Assembly (NCBI GenBank): GCA_964473795.1
Contig: CAYYQT010000003.1
Coordinates: forward strand, 1 to 57,080
Reading direction: 5' to 3'
Length of the DNA stretch: 57,080 bases
Source of the DNA: an uncultured Candidatus Saccharibacteria bacterium
GTDB lineage: Bacteria > Patescibacteriota > Minisyncoccia > Phycocordibacterales > Phycocordibacteraceae
The position numbers were made by a program, and so were the translations under genes. Numbering within the stretch: the stretch's first letter is position 1; every line of letters starts with the position of its first letter. Below, one piece after another: positions 45,472 to 55,607 of this stretch. Below the pieces are notes generated by a model, which was not told where the DNA came from, ran no database searches, and saw nothing but the letters and a program-made list of their open reading frames with translations.

Positions 45472-46686
45472 CTACTTTATTTTTCGTTTTGCGCGATGAC
45501 GAGAAATTGCAAAACGGTGAGCTTCGTTATTGGCAAGTATTATATCAAACTCTTTAATTCCAGTGCCACGAGAGCCTATAATTTCTCTTGGTTTATGTTT
45601 AGAATCTTTTACAACCGCAATAATTGGAATAACAACGCCCGCATCAAAAAGTACTGATTCTGCAGCTTTTTTATGAGTCTTTCCACCATCTACAACTATT
45701 GCACGAGGCAGCTCCCATTCTGGGTGTGACAATCTTCGTGAAATAACTTCTTTAAGAGATGCAATATCGTCATTACCAGAACCTAAAATATTAAATGTCC
45801 TATACGCTTTTTTAACAACGACACTTTTATCAATTACAACCATAACCGCAACAGTATTTGTTCCAGACAAATGAGCTGTATCATACGCTTCTATACGCAA
45901 ACCATTTATCACGTCCGTGTCGTCTTTAATAAGCGATACATCTTGTATATGACCTAACGTGAAAATCTCTCTTTTATATTCTGCGGCAGTCTCAAAGTTT
46001 TCATCTTTTGCGGCACGTCTCATGTCAATTTCTAACTTTTTTCGCAATTCCTTAAATCTTCCGCCCAGAAGAAGAGCTATCCTATTTATAGACCTTTTAT
46101 ATTCAGACTGATTAATATTTACAGGATACTGCCCTATTTGACGATTAAACTCTATTTTTGTTTTTATATGTTTGCTTTTATTTGTTACAGGTCTTTCTGT
46201 ATCATAAAAAGGAAAAATCCTACGAACCAGCCGCAACGCTTCACGAAGTTGTGAAGCATTCGGGAATGGCCCAAATATTTTAGTAACACTAACACCAAGC
46301 GCGTACTTTTTTTCAAAATCTATGTCTTTACCACGAACCATAAGCACTCTTGGCCAATCTTCTTTTGTTAGAACAACATAGATAAAAGTCTTATCGTCTT
46401 TACCTTCTACATTTGCACGCGGATAATACTTTTTTATTAAAACAGATTCTCTAACAAGTGCTTCTAAAACAGTTTGAGTAGTTTCAAACGAAACCTTATC
46501 TGCACGAGTAACCATATCTACAATACGAGGTCCACGGGTTGTTATTAGGTCATTATCAAAATACGAACGAACTCTATCTTTCAGATTCGTTGCCTTCCCA
46601 ACATAAAGAACCGTTCTCCCTTTTTTGAATAAATATACACCACATTCATTCGGTAGATTGATTTTATTTAGGTCGTTTTTTTGCAT
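45472..46686 (-). CDS. uvrC: Excinuclease ABC subunit C, short form lacking the C-terminal (HhH)2 domain
   Basis: 404 aa. GIY-YIG (GVYLFKKGRTVLYVGKATNLKDRVRSYF), a UVR motif (..ENFETAAEYKREIF..) and an RNase-H-like nuclease (..IEAYDTAHLSG.., ..VVDGGKTH.., ..NEAHRFAISRHR..). It ends right after this. Overlaps uvrA by 23 nt. Confidence 0.85.
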   Translation of the reverse strand: MQKNDLNKINLPNECGVYLFKKGRTVLYVGKATNLKDRVRSYFDNDLITTRGPRIVDMVTRADKVSFETTQTVLEALVRESVLIKKYYPRANVEGKDDKTFIYVVLTKEDWPRVLMVRGKDIDFEKKYALGVSVTKIFGPFPNASQLREALRLVRRIFPFYDTERPVTNKSKHIKTKIEFNRQIGQYPVNINQSEYKRSINRIALLLGGRFKELRKKLEIDMRRAAKDENFETAAEYKREIFTLGHIQDVSLIKDDTDVINGLRIEAYDTAHLSGTNTVAVMVVIDKSVVVKKAYRTFNILGSGNDDIASLKEVISRRLSHPEWELPRAIVVDGGKTHKKAAESVLFDAGVVIPIIAVVKDSKHKPREIIGSRGTGIKEFDIILANNEAHRFAISRHRAKRKIK

Positions 46687-49324
46687 AGCGTTTTACTAAG
46701 ACCTTTGCAAGATACTCACCAGTATACGAACCGTCTGTTTGCGCAACTTCCTCTGGTGTCCCTTTTGCTATTATCTTTCCGCCACCAACACCTCCTTTTG
46801 GTCCAAAATCAATTATGTGATCTGCGTTTTTAATTACATCTAAGTTATGCTCTATAACTACAACAGTGTTACCTCTACGAACAAGCTCCTGCAGAATATC
46901 TAACAATTTACGAACATCTTCAAAGTGAAGACCAACAGTCGGTTCATCAAACAAATATATTGTCTTCATTGTTATAGGTCTGTATAACTCACTAGAAATC
47001 TTGACTCTCTGAGCTTCTCCACCAGAAAGCGTTGTTGCTGATTGTCCAAGAGTAAGATACTCAAGTCCAGTAGAGGCGAGACTTGAAAGTCTGTCATGTA
47101 CAGCTGGTACGTCTTTGAAAAAAACAATACCTTCTTCTACTGTCATTGATAACACTTCAAATATATTTTTACCGTGATACGTAACATCTAATGTTTCTTT
47201 CATAAACCTAGTTCCATTACACACATCACAAGTTACGTATACCGTAGGCAAAAAGTGCATTTCAACAGCAACAGACCCATTACCCTGACACGCTTCACAA
47301 CGTCCACCTTTTACATTAAAAGAAAATCTTCCAGGCTTCCAGCCTCTTGCGCGAGCCTCGCTAGTTGCTGAAAATAAATCACGTATGTGAGTAAAAGCTC
47401 CAGTATACGTCGCGGGGTTTGAGCGTGGAGTGCGTCCTATTGGAGATTGGTTAATCATTACAACTCGTGATGCATATTCTGTACCAGACATAGATGAACA
47501 GTGAACAGCTTCTGATTCCCGTTTTTTGAACCGCGCTGCTAAGTTTTTATGTAAAACATCATAAAGAAATGTTGATTTCCCAGAACCAGACACGCCAGTT
47601 ATACAAACAAGTTTTCCAAGAGGTACATCTATATTCAAATTTTTAATGTTATGCAGTGTAGCACCGCGAACTTTTATTTCTCCTTTTTCAGAACTTCTAC
47701 GTTCAGTAGGTACTGGTATTTCTTTTTCTCCACGCAAATAATCGAGCGTTAGTGATTTTGATGTATTTTTATTTGCAGAAAGTAATTCAGATAACCAACC
47801 TTGTACCACAACGTCTCCACCGTGTACACCAGCGCCTGGTCCAATATCTATAAGATAATCAGAAGCAAATATTGTATCTTCATCATGTTCAACAACAATA
47901 ATCGTATTTCCAAGATCTTTAAGAACGAGTAGTGTTTTAATAAGTTGGTCATTGTCGTGCTGATGAAGTCCAATTGTAGGTTCGTCGAGCACATACAACG
48001 CACCAGTAAGCCCACTACCAAGCTGCGACGCAAGACGAATACGTTGTGCTTCACCTCCAGAAAGAGTCGCACCAGACCTGTTTAGCGTTAAGTAATCAAG
48101 CCCTACGTTAAGCATAAAACTAAGCCTGTTTTCAATTTCACGAATTATTGGTAACGCAATCTCAAGTTTCATATCAGACAATTCAAGAGAATCTATAAAA
48201 TCTTTTGCTTCTGAAATAGATAAATTCGTAAAATCTATGATATTTTTACCAAGACCGCTTTCTTTTCCCTTCAAATAAACACGCAAACTCTCTTTCCTAA
48301 GACGAGCGCCACCACAATCTGGACAGACCTTTTCAGAAAAAATTTCTTCTGTACCAAGACCATTACATGTTGCACATGCTCCATATGGGCTATTAAAAGA
48401 AAAAAGACGCGGCTCCACCTCTGGAAATGGAGCACCATCATCTGGACATATAAAAGCAGATGACAATGTTTCATTTGAACCATCTGCATGTTGTATTTTT
48501 ACCAAACCGTCACTTTCCTTAAGTGCAAGCTCTAGCGCTTCAGAAAGACGCTCTCTCGCAGCATCTGGTGATTTTTCAAACTCAGATACAAAAATACTAT
48601 CAACAACAGCTTCTATATCGTGACGTTTATTTCTATCCAATGTTATCTTTTCTCTAAGTGATTGCTGTTTACCGTCTATCACTACTTTTTCATAACCTTT
48701 TCCAAGCAAATCATATAGACGCTGATAATATTCACCCTTACGTCCAACAACAATTGGAGAATAAATAACAACAGCACTCCTATCATACGGAACACCCATT
48801 ACTGAATTATTTTTTTTAATTGTAGATTTACGCGCTTCGTTTTTTTTCTCTACTTTAGTTAAAACCAAATGAATCATTTCTTCTTTTGATAATTTTTCTA
48901 TACGTACGTCATGATTTACACAATACGGCTGACCTATACGTGCATACAAAACGCGCAAGTAATCATAAATCTCAGTTACTGTAGCAACTGTTGACCGTGG
49001 ATTATTTGAACGACTTTTTTGATCTATTGCAATCGCAGGGGATAAGCCTGTAATTTCGTCAATGTCAGGTTTAGACATTTGGTTTAAAAATTGCCTCGCA
49101 TACGCAGAAAGCGATTCTATATACCTACGCTGACCTTCCGCAAAAATTGTATCAAATGCTAGTGAAGATTTGCCAGAACCAGAAAGTCCTGTAACCACAA
49201 CCATTGCCCCACGAGGCAATTTAACAGATATGTTTTTTAGATTATGAGTACGCGCGCCAACCACAGTAAGCCAATCGCTTCCGTGCTGATGTTCATGTGC
49301 TGAGTTATTCTTTTTTATGCTCAT
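46664..49324 (-). CDS. uvrA: Excinuclease ABC subunit A
   Basis: 886 aa with two ABC modules ([24 protein letters not shown]; LSGGEAQR twice) and zinc-finger Cys clusters. Confidence 0.97.
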   Translation of the reverse strand: MSIKKNNSAHEHQHGSDWLTVVGARTHNLKNISVKLPRGAMVVVTGLSGSGKSSLAFDTIFAEGQRRYIESLSAYARQFLNQMSKPDIDEITGLSPAIAIDQKSRSNNPRSTVATVTEIYDYLRVLYARIGQPYCVNHDVRIEKLSKEEMIHLVLTKVEKKNEARKSTIKKNNSVMGVPYDRSAVVIYSPIVVGRKGEYYQRLYDLLGKGYEKVVIDGKQQSLREKITLDRNKRHDIEAVVDSIFVSEFEKSPDAARERLSEALELALKESDGLVKIQHADGSNETLSSAFICPDDGAPFPEVEPRLFSFNSPYGACATCNGLGTEEIFSEKVCPDCGGARLRKESLRVYLKGKESGLGKNIIDFTNLSISEAKDFIDSLELSDMKLEIALPIIREIENRLSFMLNVGLDYLTLNRSGATLSGGEAQRIRLASQLGSGLTGALYVLDEPTIGLHQHDNDQLIKTLLVLKDLGNTIIVVEHDEDTIFASDYLIDIGPGAGVHGGDVVVQGWLSELLSANKNTSKSLTLDYLRGEKEIPVPTERRSSEKGEIKVRGATLHNIKNLNIDVPLGKLVCITGVSGSGKSTFLYDVLHKNLAARFKKRESEAVHCSSMSGTEYASRVVMINQSPIGRTPRSNPATYTGAFTHIRDLFSATSEARARGWKPGRFSFNVKGGRCEACQGNGSVAVEMHFLPTVYVTCDVCNGTRFMKETLDVTYHGKNIFEVLSMTVEEGIVFFKDVPAVHDRLSSLASTGLEYLTLGQSATTLSGGEAQRVKISSELYRPITMKTIYLFDEPTVGLHFEDVRKLLDILQELVRRGNTVVVIEHNLDVIKNADHIIDFGPKGGVGGGKIIAKGTPEEVAQTDGSYTGEYLAKVLVKRYAKKRPK

Positions 49325-49388
49325 AATTAAAATATATGCGCAATAAACGCATTATCAATCGTACTATACCAGTATTGACAATATAGTG

Positions 49389-49841
49389 CTATATGGTGGA
49401 AGAGTCTTGTTCTTCTGTACTACTTATATGTAAATTATCTTCGACTGAGTCAGAAACTATGTTATTTGAACCTAAAACTTCTTTTATTTTTTTAACAATT
49501 TCTTCAACAGAAACCTCAGCCTTAACTAAGTAACCGGAAGCACCGAGAGATTCGGCTTTATCTTTATCTTCTTTTTGACTTATGTTTGAAACTATTATAA
49601 TAGGTACACCCTTAAAAACATCTTCATGTTCGTGCGTTTTTTCTAAAAAAGTAAAACCGTCCATGTCCGGCATCATAAGATCCAAAAGTATAACTGATGG
49701 TTTATTGTCCTGTGCAATAGCAAGTGCCTCTGTACCATTACTTGCGTAAAGCATGTGATACTCCCCAGAAAGAGAGTGACCCAATAAATTTTTTAGAATT
49801 GGGTCATCCTCTACGACAAGTATTGTTATTTTCGATTCCAT
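49389..49841 (-). CDS. Stand-alone response-regulator receiver domain (CheY-like) with acidic tail
   Basis: 150 aa. ..ILVVEDD.., the phospho-acceptor context ..VILLDLMMPDMDG.. and ..GASGYLVK... No DNA-binding or other output domain. Confidence 0.85.
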   Translation of the reverse strand: MESKITILVVEDDPILKNLLGHSLSGEYHMLYASNGTEALAIAQDNKPSVILLDLMMPDMDGFTFLEKTHEHEDVFKGVPIIIVSNISQKEDKDKAESLGASGYLVKAEVSVEEIVKKIKEVLGSNNIVSDSVEDNLHISSTEEQDSSTI

Positions 49842-49869
49842 ATATTTTTATAGTATACCGTATCAACAC

Positions 49870-50925
49870 TTATGTAACCATCGGTAATGAAAGAGTAAAG
49901 GTTGTTCCAACACCTTTAGAATTTGATTCAAAACTTAAATTACCTCCATGATCTTTTGCAACGGAACGTGCTATGTAAAGACCAAGCCCATTACCTTCGT
50001 TTTCTTTCGCAATCGCATTTTCAGCACGATAAAAACGTCCAAAAATATCTGGTCTGTCAATTTCTGGAATACCAATTCCAGTGTCATGAACACGCACAAG
50101 CATTTTATTATCAGAAACCTCAGCCCAAACATCAACATGACCACCTTTTGGTGTATATTTAAGCGCATTTTCAATCAAGTTATTCAATATCCAAGTTATA
50201 CGCTCTTTATCTACACGAACCGATTGAAGAACCTCACTATATGACCTGTATTGCAGTTTGATTTCACGTTTATCAGCTAAATATTGCAAACCACCTACGA
50301 CTTTTGCAAGTAATGACTGCATGTTAGTTTGTATAAATTTATATTTATACTTACCAGCTTCTATACTTGAAGTATCAAGTAACGTGCTAACAATAGCTAC
50401 TAATTCTTTACTTTTTTCTACAGCAGTCGTTACAAGTAAATTATCATCATCAGATAATTTTTCTTTTTGCAAAGCCTCAAGAGCCCATCTGATACTTGTG
50501 AGAGGAGTCCTAAGTTGATGCGCAGCTGTAGAGATAAAGTCTGATTTTATACGTGACACTTCCACATCACGCTTTCGAGACCTATCAACACGGTCTGCAA
50601 GTTCCATAAATGACAAAATTAAAATCTTCACGTCATGTGGGGTTGTAAATGATATTTCAACCGGAACATGTTCATTGTTTTTAGAAAACGCCTGAATTGA
50701 TTTTGTAAGTTCTTTAATCGGAACACTCACAGAACGCATGGCAATATAAAACAAGATTGCAATTATTATCAACAGTACAGATACAAAAATATTTGCATCT
50801 AAATACGCGTAATTACTAGCATATACACTGTTATCTAAAACGAATTTTGAATACAACCATACGATGCTATACCCAGAAATAGCAAACACGAATAATGTTC
50901 CTAGAAAAATCTTACGCAATGACAT
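49870..50925 (-). CDS. Sensor histidine kinase (two TM helices, minimal external loop)
   Basis: ORF 49870..50931 (GTG), with the preferred ATG at 50925. H-box FISTAAHQLRTPLTSI, N-box ..LNNLIENALKYT.. and G-boxes ..DTGIGI.. / ..GNGLGL... Confidence 0.9.
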   Translation of the reverse strand: MSLRKIFLGTLFVFAISGYSIVWLYSKFVLDNSVYASNYAYLDANIFVSVLLIIIAILFYIAMRSVSVPIKELTKSIQAFSKNNEHVPVEISFTTPHDVKILILSFMELADRVDRSRKRDVEVSRIKSDFISTAAHQLRTPLTSIRWALEALQKEKLSDDDNLLVTTAVEKSKELVAIVSTLLDTSSIEAGKYKYKFIQTNMQSLLAKVVGGLQYLADKREIKLQYRSYSEVLQSVRVDKERITWILNNLIENALKYTPKGGHVDVWAEVSDNKMLVRVHDTGIGIPEIDRPDIFGRFYRAENAIAKENEGNGLGLYIARSVAKDHGGNLSFESNSKGVGTTFTLSLPMVT

Positions 50926-50986
50926 ACACACAGCATATCAGACACTTTGTTATGAGTGAAACTCATTGTTTTAAGTAAGGCAGATA

Positions 50987-53017
50987 TTATTTTGAAGAAC
51001 CGTTTTCGAGTATCGCAATTTCATCTCGCAACAATGCTGCCGTTTCAAAATCTAGACTTGCCACCGCATCTGCCATTTGTTTTCTTTTATTTTTTATGAA
51101 CTTTTTTGGACTTTTTTTGTAAAGCTCTGAATCTATACTAATCATCGAGCTGATTGTCTTTTCATGTTCACTACGCATATTTTCTGCTATATCTTTAATT
51201 TCTTTTTTTATTGTTTTTGGTGTAATTCCATGTTTTTTATTGTATACAAACTGTACTTCTCTACGTCTGTCTGTCTCTTCTATTGCGCGAGTTAGAGACT
51301 TTGTCATCACATCTGCATATAAAATTGCTCGTCCATTTACATTTCTTGCTGCACGACCAACTGTTTGTATGAGCGAAGTCTCACTACGCAAAAAACCTTC
51401 TTTGTCTGCGTCTAATACACCAACCAACTCTACTTCAGGTAAATCCAATCCCTCTCTAAGCAAGTTCACACCAACAAGAACATCAAACACTCCCCTTCTA
51501 AACTCTGTAAGAATTATTATTCTATCTATGGTTTTTATATCACTATGAAGATACTCAGTTTTTATACCTTTCTTTTTTAAGAAATCCGTAAGGTCTTCTG
51601 CCATAACCTTTGTAAGTGTTGTGGCTATCGCACGAGCACCATTTGCAATAGCTATTTCTGCTTCTTTTATGAAATCAGCAATCTGCCCAGGGTAGTTATC
51701 AGTACCTATAACTCCGTGTACAAAAAGTTTTGGGTCTAGTAGTCCAGTCGGTCGAATTACCTGTTCGACTATTTGACCGTCAGGAGACACAGAATGTTCC
51801 TTTTCATAAACGCCAGGTGTTGCACTTGTATAAAGCACTTGGTCTACACAATCTTCAAATTCATTGAATTTGAGTGGCCTATTATCGAAAGCTGAAGGAA
51901 GTCTAAATCCGTATTCTATTAATGTATTTTTTCTGGAACGGTCTCCTGCGTACATACCACCTATTTGAGGTACAGTTACGTGCGATTCGTCTATAACAGT
52001 TAGAAAGTCAGCGCTTCCATCTTTTTTGTGTGGAAAATAAGAGAGTAAGGTATGCGGCGCCTCACCAACAGAACGTCCATCAAAATGTCTTGAATAATTT
52101 TCTATACCTGTTGTGTACCCTATTTCACGAATTAGAGACATGTCATGCATAGTTCTACGCTTCAGGCGCTCTGCCTCAAGATTTTTACCTTCTCTTTTAA
52201 GTTTTGCTAAGTGTTCGTCAAGCTCAATTTTAATACTTTTAAGAGCGGTCTCTCGTTCTTGTTCTGATGTAACAAAGTGTTTTGCTGGAAATATAAAAAG
52301 AGAATCTGGTTTTCCTATTTGTGCTCTTGATATTGCATCAAGGGTATATATTTCTGAAACTCTACCAATTTCATCAAAAGAAATTCTATAAAGGATTTTT
52401 TCATTTACAGGCATTACTTCCACACTATTACCGACAGCCCTAAACTGACCAGGCATTACATCTGCATTTGTACGAGTAAAATATATGTTTACAAGTTTCC
52501 GAACCAATATATCACGTGACAATTCTTCACCAACTATTATTTTTGCATGCATTTTTTCATAATGTTCTGGAGAACCAAGTCCATATATAGCAGAAACAGA
52601 CGCAACTATTATCACATCCTTACGAGTAAGTAATGACTGTGTTGCAGCATGACGAAGCCTGTCAATTTCTGCATTTATCATCGCTTCTTTTTCTATATAT
52701 GTATCTGAATGTGCTATATATGCTTCTGGTTGATAGTAGTCATAATACGAAACAAAATAATGCACCGCATTTTCAGGGAAAAACTCTTTGTACTCTTGAG
52801 CAAGCTGTGCAGCAAGCGTCTTGTTATGCGCCATTACGAGAGTTGGCTTGTCATTTTTGGCAATAACATTTGCAACTGTATATGTTTTACCAGAACCAGT
52901 TACACCAAGAAGTGTTTGGTGATGCAATCCATCTGAAAGACCTTTTGATAAAGCCTTGATTGCGTCTGGTTGGTCTCCTGCTGGAGGAAACGGGGTGTGT
53001 AATTTAAATACTGCCAT
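50987..53017 (-). CDS. uvrB: Excinuclease ABC subunit B
   Basis: ORF 50987..53065, with the ATG at 53017 (MAVFKLHTPFPPAGDQP..). GVTGSGKT, DESH and a C-terminal UVR motif (..FETAALLRDEI..). The start overlaps the tgt stop by 14 nt. Confidence 0.95.
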   Translation of the reverse strand: MAVFKLHTPFPPAGDQPDAIKALSKGLSDGLHHQTLLGVTGSGKTYTVANVIAKNDKPTLVMAHNKTLAAQLAQEYKEFFPENAVHYFVSYYDYYQPEAYIAHSDTYIEKEAMINAEIDRLRHAATQSLLTRKDVIIVASVSAIYGLGSPEHYEKMHAKIIVGEELSRDILVRKLVNIYFTRTNADVMPGQFRAVGNSVEVMPVNEKILYRISFDEIGRVSEIYTLDAISRAQIGKPDSLFIFPAKHFVTSEQERETALKSIKIELDEHLAKLKREGKNLEAERLKRRTMHDMSLIREIGYTTGIENYSRHFDGRSVGEAPHTLLSYFPHKKDGSADFLTVIDESHVTVPQIGGMYAGDRSRKNTLIEYGFRLPSAFDNRPLKFNEFEDCVDQVLYTSATPGVYEKEHSVSPDGQIVEQVIRPTGLLDPKLFVHGVIGTDNYPGQIADFIKEAEIAIANGARAIATTLTKVMAEDLTDFLKKKGIKTEYLHSDIKTIDRIIILTEFRRGVFDVLVGVNLLREGLDLPEVELVGVLDADKEGFLRSETSLIQTVGRAARNVNGRAILYADVMTKSLTRAIEETDRRREVQFVYNKKHGITPKTIKKEIKDIAENMRSEHEKTISSMISIDSELYKKSPKKFIKNKRKQMADAVASLDFETAALLRDEIAILENGSSK

Positions 53018-54218
53018 AATAATTTTGCCTAAAATTATATCTGTAACTATTAAAACTTCCTTCAATTATCGCTTTTCTTGCGCCGTCTACAAGCGACAAT
53101 ATAAAACCAAGATTATGCATAGACGCAATAGTAGGACCAAGCATTTCTCCAGACTTGAACAAGTGCGACAAATAAGCGCGTGTAAACTTTTCCGTTCCTA
53201 AAACGATAGTGTGCGAGTCTAACGGTGTAAAATCATTTTTATATTTTTCGTTTGTAATATGAATTAGTCCTTTTTTTGTATACAGTGTTCCATGTCTTCC
53301 TTGGCGCGTAGCTGCAACGCAGTCAAACAAATCCATTCCTTGAGCTATCCCATCAAGAACATCTCCAGGCTCCCCTATACCTAAAAAATGCCTTGGTTTT
53401 TCTTCTGGCAATTCTGTTGCTGCTGCTTGTAGTGCGCCTTGCATATCTTCTTTACTAAAAGAACCACCTATACCAAAACCGTCAAAATCCATACTAGATA
53501 TTTCACGAGCACTTTCACGACGCAGGTCCTCATGCCGCCCACCCTGCACAATTCCAAAAATAGATTGTGTTTTGTTTGCTGACAAATTTTGTCGATGTGT
53601 TTTCAAACTCCGAAGTGCCCAACGATGCGTACGCTCCATAGCTTCTCTTTGGTAAGACTTTTCTTCTGTTGGTGCTGTACACTCATCGAATGCAAAAAAC
53701 ATATCTGCCCCTAAATCATGTTGTATTTCAACAGACCGCTCAGGAGTAAATCTATGTAACGAACCATCTATGTGTGATGTAAAAGTAACACCTTCGTCAT
53801 CTATAACAGCAAGCTGTCCGTGCTGGCTCGCCACACTTTCGTCATATACAGAAACACCATGCTCTCTTGGTGCTTCTTCTCCATGTGCAATTTTTGTTAT
53901 ATTTTTTCCATAAGCAGCACCAAGTGAAAAAACTTGGAATCCGCCAGAGTCAGTAACAGTAGGTCCACCAAACCCCATGAACTCTCCAACACCACCAGCA
54001 GACTTCACAATATCTTCACCAGGACGAAGATAAAGATGGTAGGTGTTTGCAAGAACTACCTGCGCACCAAGAGCTGGAAGCAAATCAGGTAAAACACCCT
54101 TAACAGTTGCTTTTGTGCCAACAGGTATAAAAGCTGGCGTATTTATTACGCCGTGTTTTGTGTGAATAGTACCAGCGCGCGCCGTACCACACTTAGCATT
54201 TATAGAAAAAAATTTCAT
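53004..54218 (-). CDS. tgt: tRNA-guanine transglycosylase (queuine tRNA-ribosyltransferase), zinc-motif-less variant
   Basis: ORF 53004..54257, with the ATG at 54218 (MKFFSINAKCGTARAG.. parallels E. coli MKFELDTTDGRARRG). TDSGGFQVFSLG, FAFDECT and LGIGEPGD are present. The CxCxxC zinc triad position reads HTIVLGT. Confidence 0.85.
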   Translation of the reverse strand: MKFFSINAKCGTARAGTIHTKHGVINTPAFIPVGTKATVKGVLPDLLPALGAQVVLANTYHLYLRPGEDIVKSAGGVGEFMGFGGPTVTDSGGFQVFSLGAAYGKNITKIAHGEEAPREHGVSVYDESVASQHGQLAVIDDEGVTFTSHIDGSLHRFTPERSVEIQHDLGADMFFAFDECTAPTEEKSYQREAMERTHRWALRSLKTHRQNLSANKTQSIFGIVQGGRHEDLRRESAREISSMDFDGFGIGGSFSKEDMQGALQAAATELPEEKPRHFLGIGEPGDVLDGIAQGMDLFDCVAATRQGRHGTLYTKKGLIHITNEKYKNDFTPLDSHTIVLGTEKFTRAYLSHLFKSGEMLGPTIASMHNLGFILSLVDGARKAIIEGSFNSYRYNFRQNYYGSI

Positions 54219-54315
54219 ACGTACGTGCAGCGTACCAGTAAAACCAACACCGTGCACACACCTAACTATTTATCGCAAAATTATGGCACTAAGAATGCTT
54301 TTATATAAAATAAAA

Positions 54316-54367
54316 CTCCTGCGCGCAGGCATATTTCACAAAGTGAAATATGCCTGCGCGCGAGGAG
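54316..54367 (-). terminator. Very long GC-rich terminator hairpin after the lipoprotein gene
   Basis: ctcctgcgcgcaggcatatttcac - aaa - gtgaaatatgcctgcgcgcgaggag forms a ~24-bp stem with one bulge. It starts immediately after the TGA stop and is followed by ttttatttta on the minus strand. Confidence 0.8.
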
Positions 54368-54913
54368 TCAGTACAATGGTGGCAACGGTTGTACACCAAT
54401 ACGTTTTTTTCTGGTCGGCATAATAACCGACCTTTTTTGTTTTCTTATTTTTTTAGCTGCAGACGGTGGATACATCTTCACCCCGTACGCACCTAAAGCA
54501 CGGCACCACACTGTCTTGTTGCGCCGTAAAATGTCGTTGTTAATCGGGCCAGTAACGGCTCCGACCGTGCCAGACGCTATCCCGTAGGATAGTCCCGACG
54601 CTATGACCGCTGCTGGTGCAACTGCCATACCAACGACACTTGCCGCTGCGGCATAGCCCGCACCGCCGCCAACAAGTCCACCTGCGGCATATCTCGTACC
54701 GTAGTACAAGGACGCCTTGCCGTCAGACGGTGTCGTCTCATTAGCGACTTTCTCACACCTGATGTTCGCGGCATCTTGTGCGCGTACGTCAGACACTGTG
54801 AGGTCTCCAAGACCTTTATGGAAGTACGCCTGCGGCATACTTCCATAGAGGTTTGCTGAACAAGCACTCAGTAAAAAGACCAAAAAAGGAAAAAACCTTT
54901 TTAGATTAACCAT
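54368..54913 (-). CDS. Glycine-zipper lipoprotein (SlyB/17-kDa-antigen-like) with basic C-terminal tail
   Basis: ORF 54368..54955. The ATG at 54913 is preceded by AGGAGGG plus 5 nt. Signal peptide plus lipobox MVNLKRFFPFLVFLLSAC. Gly/Ala zipper ..AAGGLVGGGAGYAAAASVVGMAVAPAAVIASGLSYGIASGTVGAVTG... Visibly higher GC than the flanks. Confidence 0.7.
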   Translation of the reverse strand: MVNLKRFFPFLVFLLSACSANLYGSMPQAYFHKGLGDLTVSDVRAQDAANIRCEKVANETTPSDGKASLYYGTRYAAGGLVGGGAGYAAAASVVGMAVAPAAVIASGLSYGIASGTVGAVTGPINNDILRRNKTVWCRALGAYGVKMYPPSAAKKIRKQKRSVIMPTRKKRIGVQPLPPLY

Positions 54914-54988
54914 AACGTCCCTCCTAAAACAATTCAGCGCACAGAATATGCGCATCTGATAGTTTTTATATTACAAATGTACATATTT

Positions 54989-55021
54989 GTAAAGGGGCGC
55001 ACCAATGGTGCGCCCCTTTAC
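54989..55021. other. Strong GC-rich hairpin upstream of the lipoprotein gene / downstream of the FKBP gene
   Basis: gtaaaggggcgcacc - aat - ggtgcgcccctttac forms a perfect 15-bp stem. On the minus strand the T-run lies 5' of the stem, so it is not a canonical terminator for either direction. Confidence 0.6.
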
Positions 55022-55051
55022 AAAAAACTGGTTATTTTAAAAATGTTTTAA

Positions 55052-55585
55052 TTATTTACCAGACGATGATACTTTTTCCAATTTAACTTCAAAAATTAAC
55101 GTAGAGTTTGCTGGGATAGGACCAACAGCACGGTCTCCATACCCAAGAGACGCTGGTATTACAAGTTTTCGTACACCACCTACTTTCATACCGACGACCC
55201 CGTCATCCCAACCTTTTATAACTTGCCCGACACCAAGAGTAAACGTAAAAGGTTTGTCTCCGTGTGCTTTTGTAGAATCAAAAACTGTTCCGTCCTCTAG
55301 AGTTCCAACATATTGAACAGAAACAACATCACCAGACTTTGCAACTTCACCAGTTCCGACAACTTCATCAGTAACAGAAAGTTTATCAGTATTTTCAGCT
55401 TGTGTTTTGGATGAGTCACTTGAGCCTGTAGACTTTACAACCTGCGCTGACTTTCCAGTTGTTTGACTGTTTGTAGTTGGAACAAGTCTGTAATTTAGGC
55501 TTCTAATAATAAAAGGACCAAAGAAAATAAACGATATTGCAATTATAATTGCAATTGATACCGCTATGGCTGTTGAAGTATTCAT
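55052..55585 (-). CDS. Membrane-anchored FKBP-type peptidyl-prolyl cis-trans isomerase
   Basis: 177 aa. An N-terminal TM helix, a Ser/Thr-rich linker and an FKBP core (..VSVQYVGTLEDGTVFDST.., ..GVGQVIKGWDDGVVGMKVGGVRKLVIP..LGYG..). Confidence 0.9.
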   Translation of the reverse strand: MNTSTAIAVSIAIIIAISFIFFGPFIIRSLNYRLVPTTNSQTTGKSAQVVKSTGSSDSSKTQAENTDKLSVTDEVVGTGEVAKSGDVVSVQYVGTLEDGTVFDSTKAHGDKPFTFTLGVGQVIKGWDDGVVGMKVGGVRKLVIPASLGYGDRAVGPIPANSTLIFEVKLEKVSSSGK

Positions 55586-55607
55586 ATTTTTTTATTTAAG
55601 TAATAAT

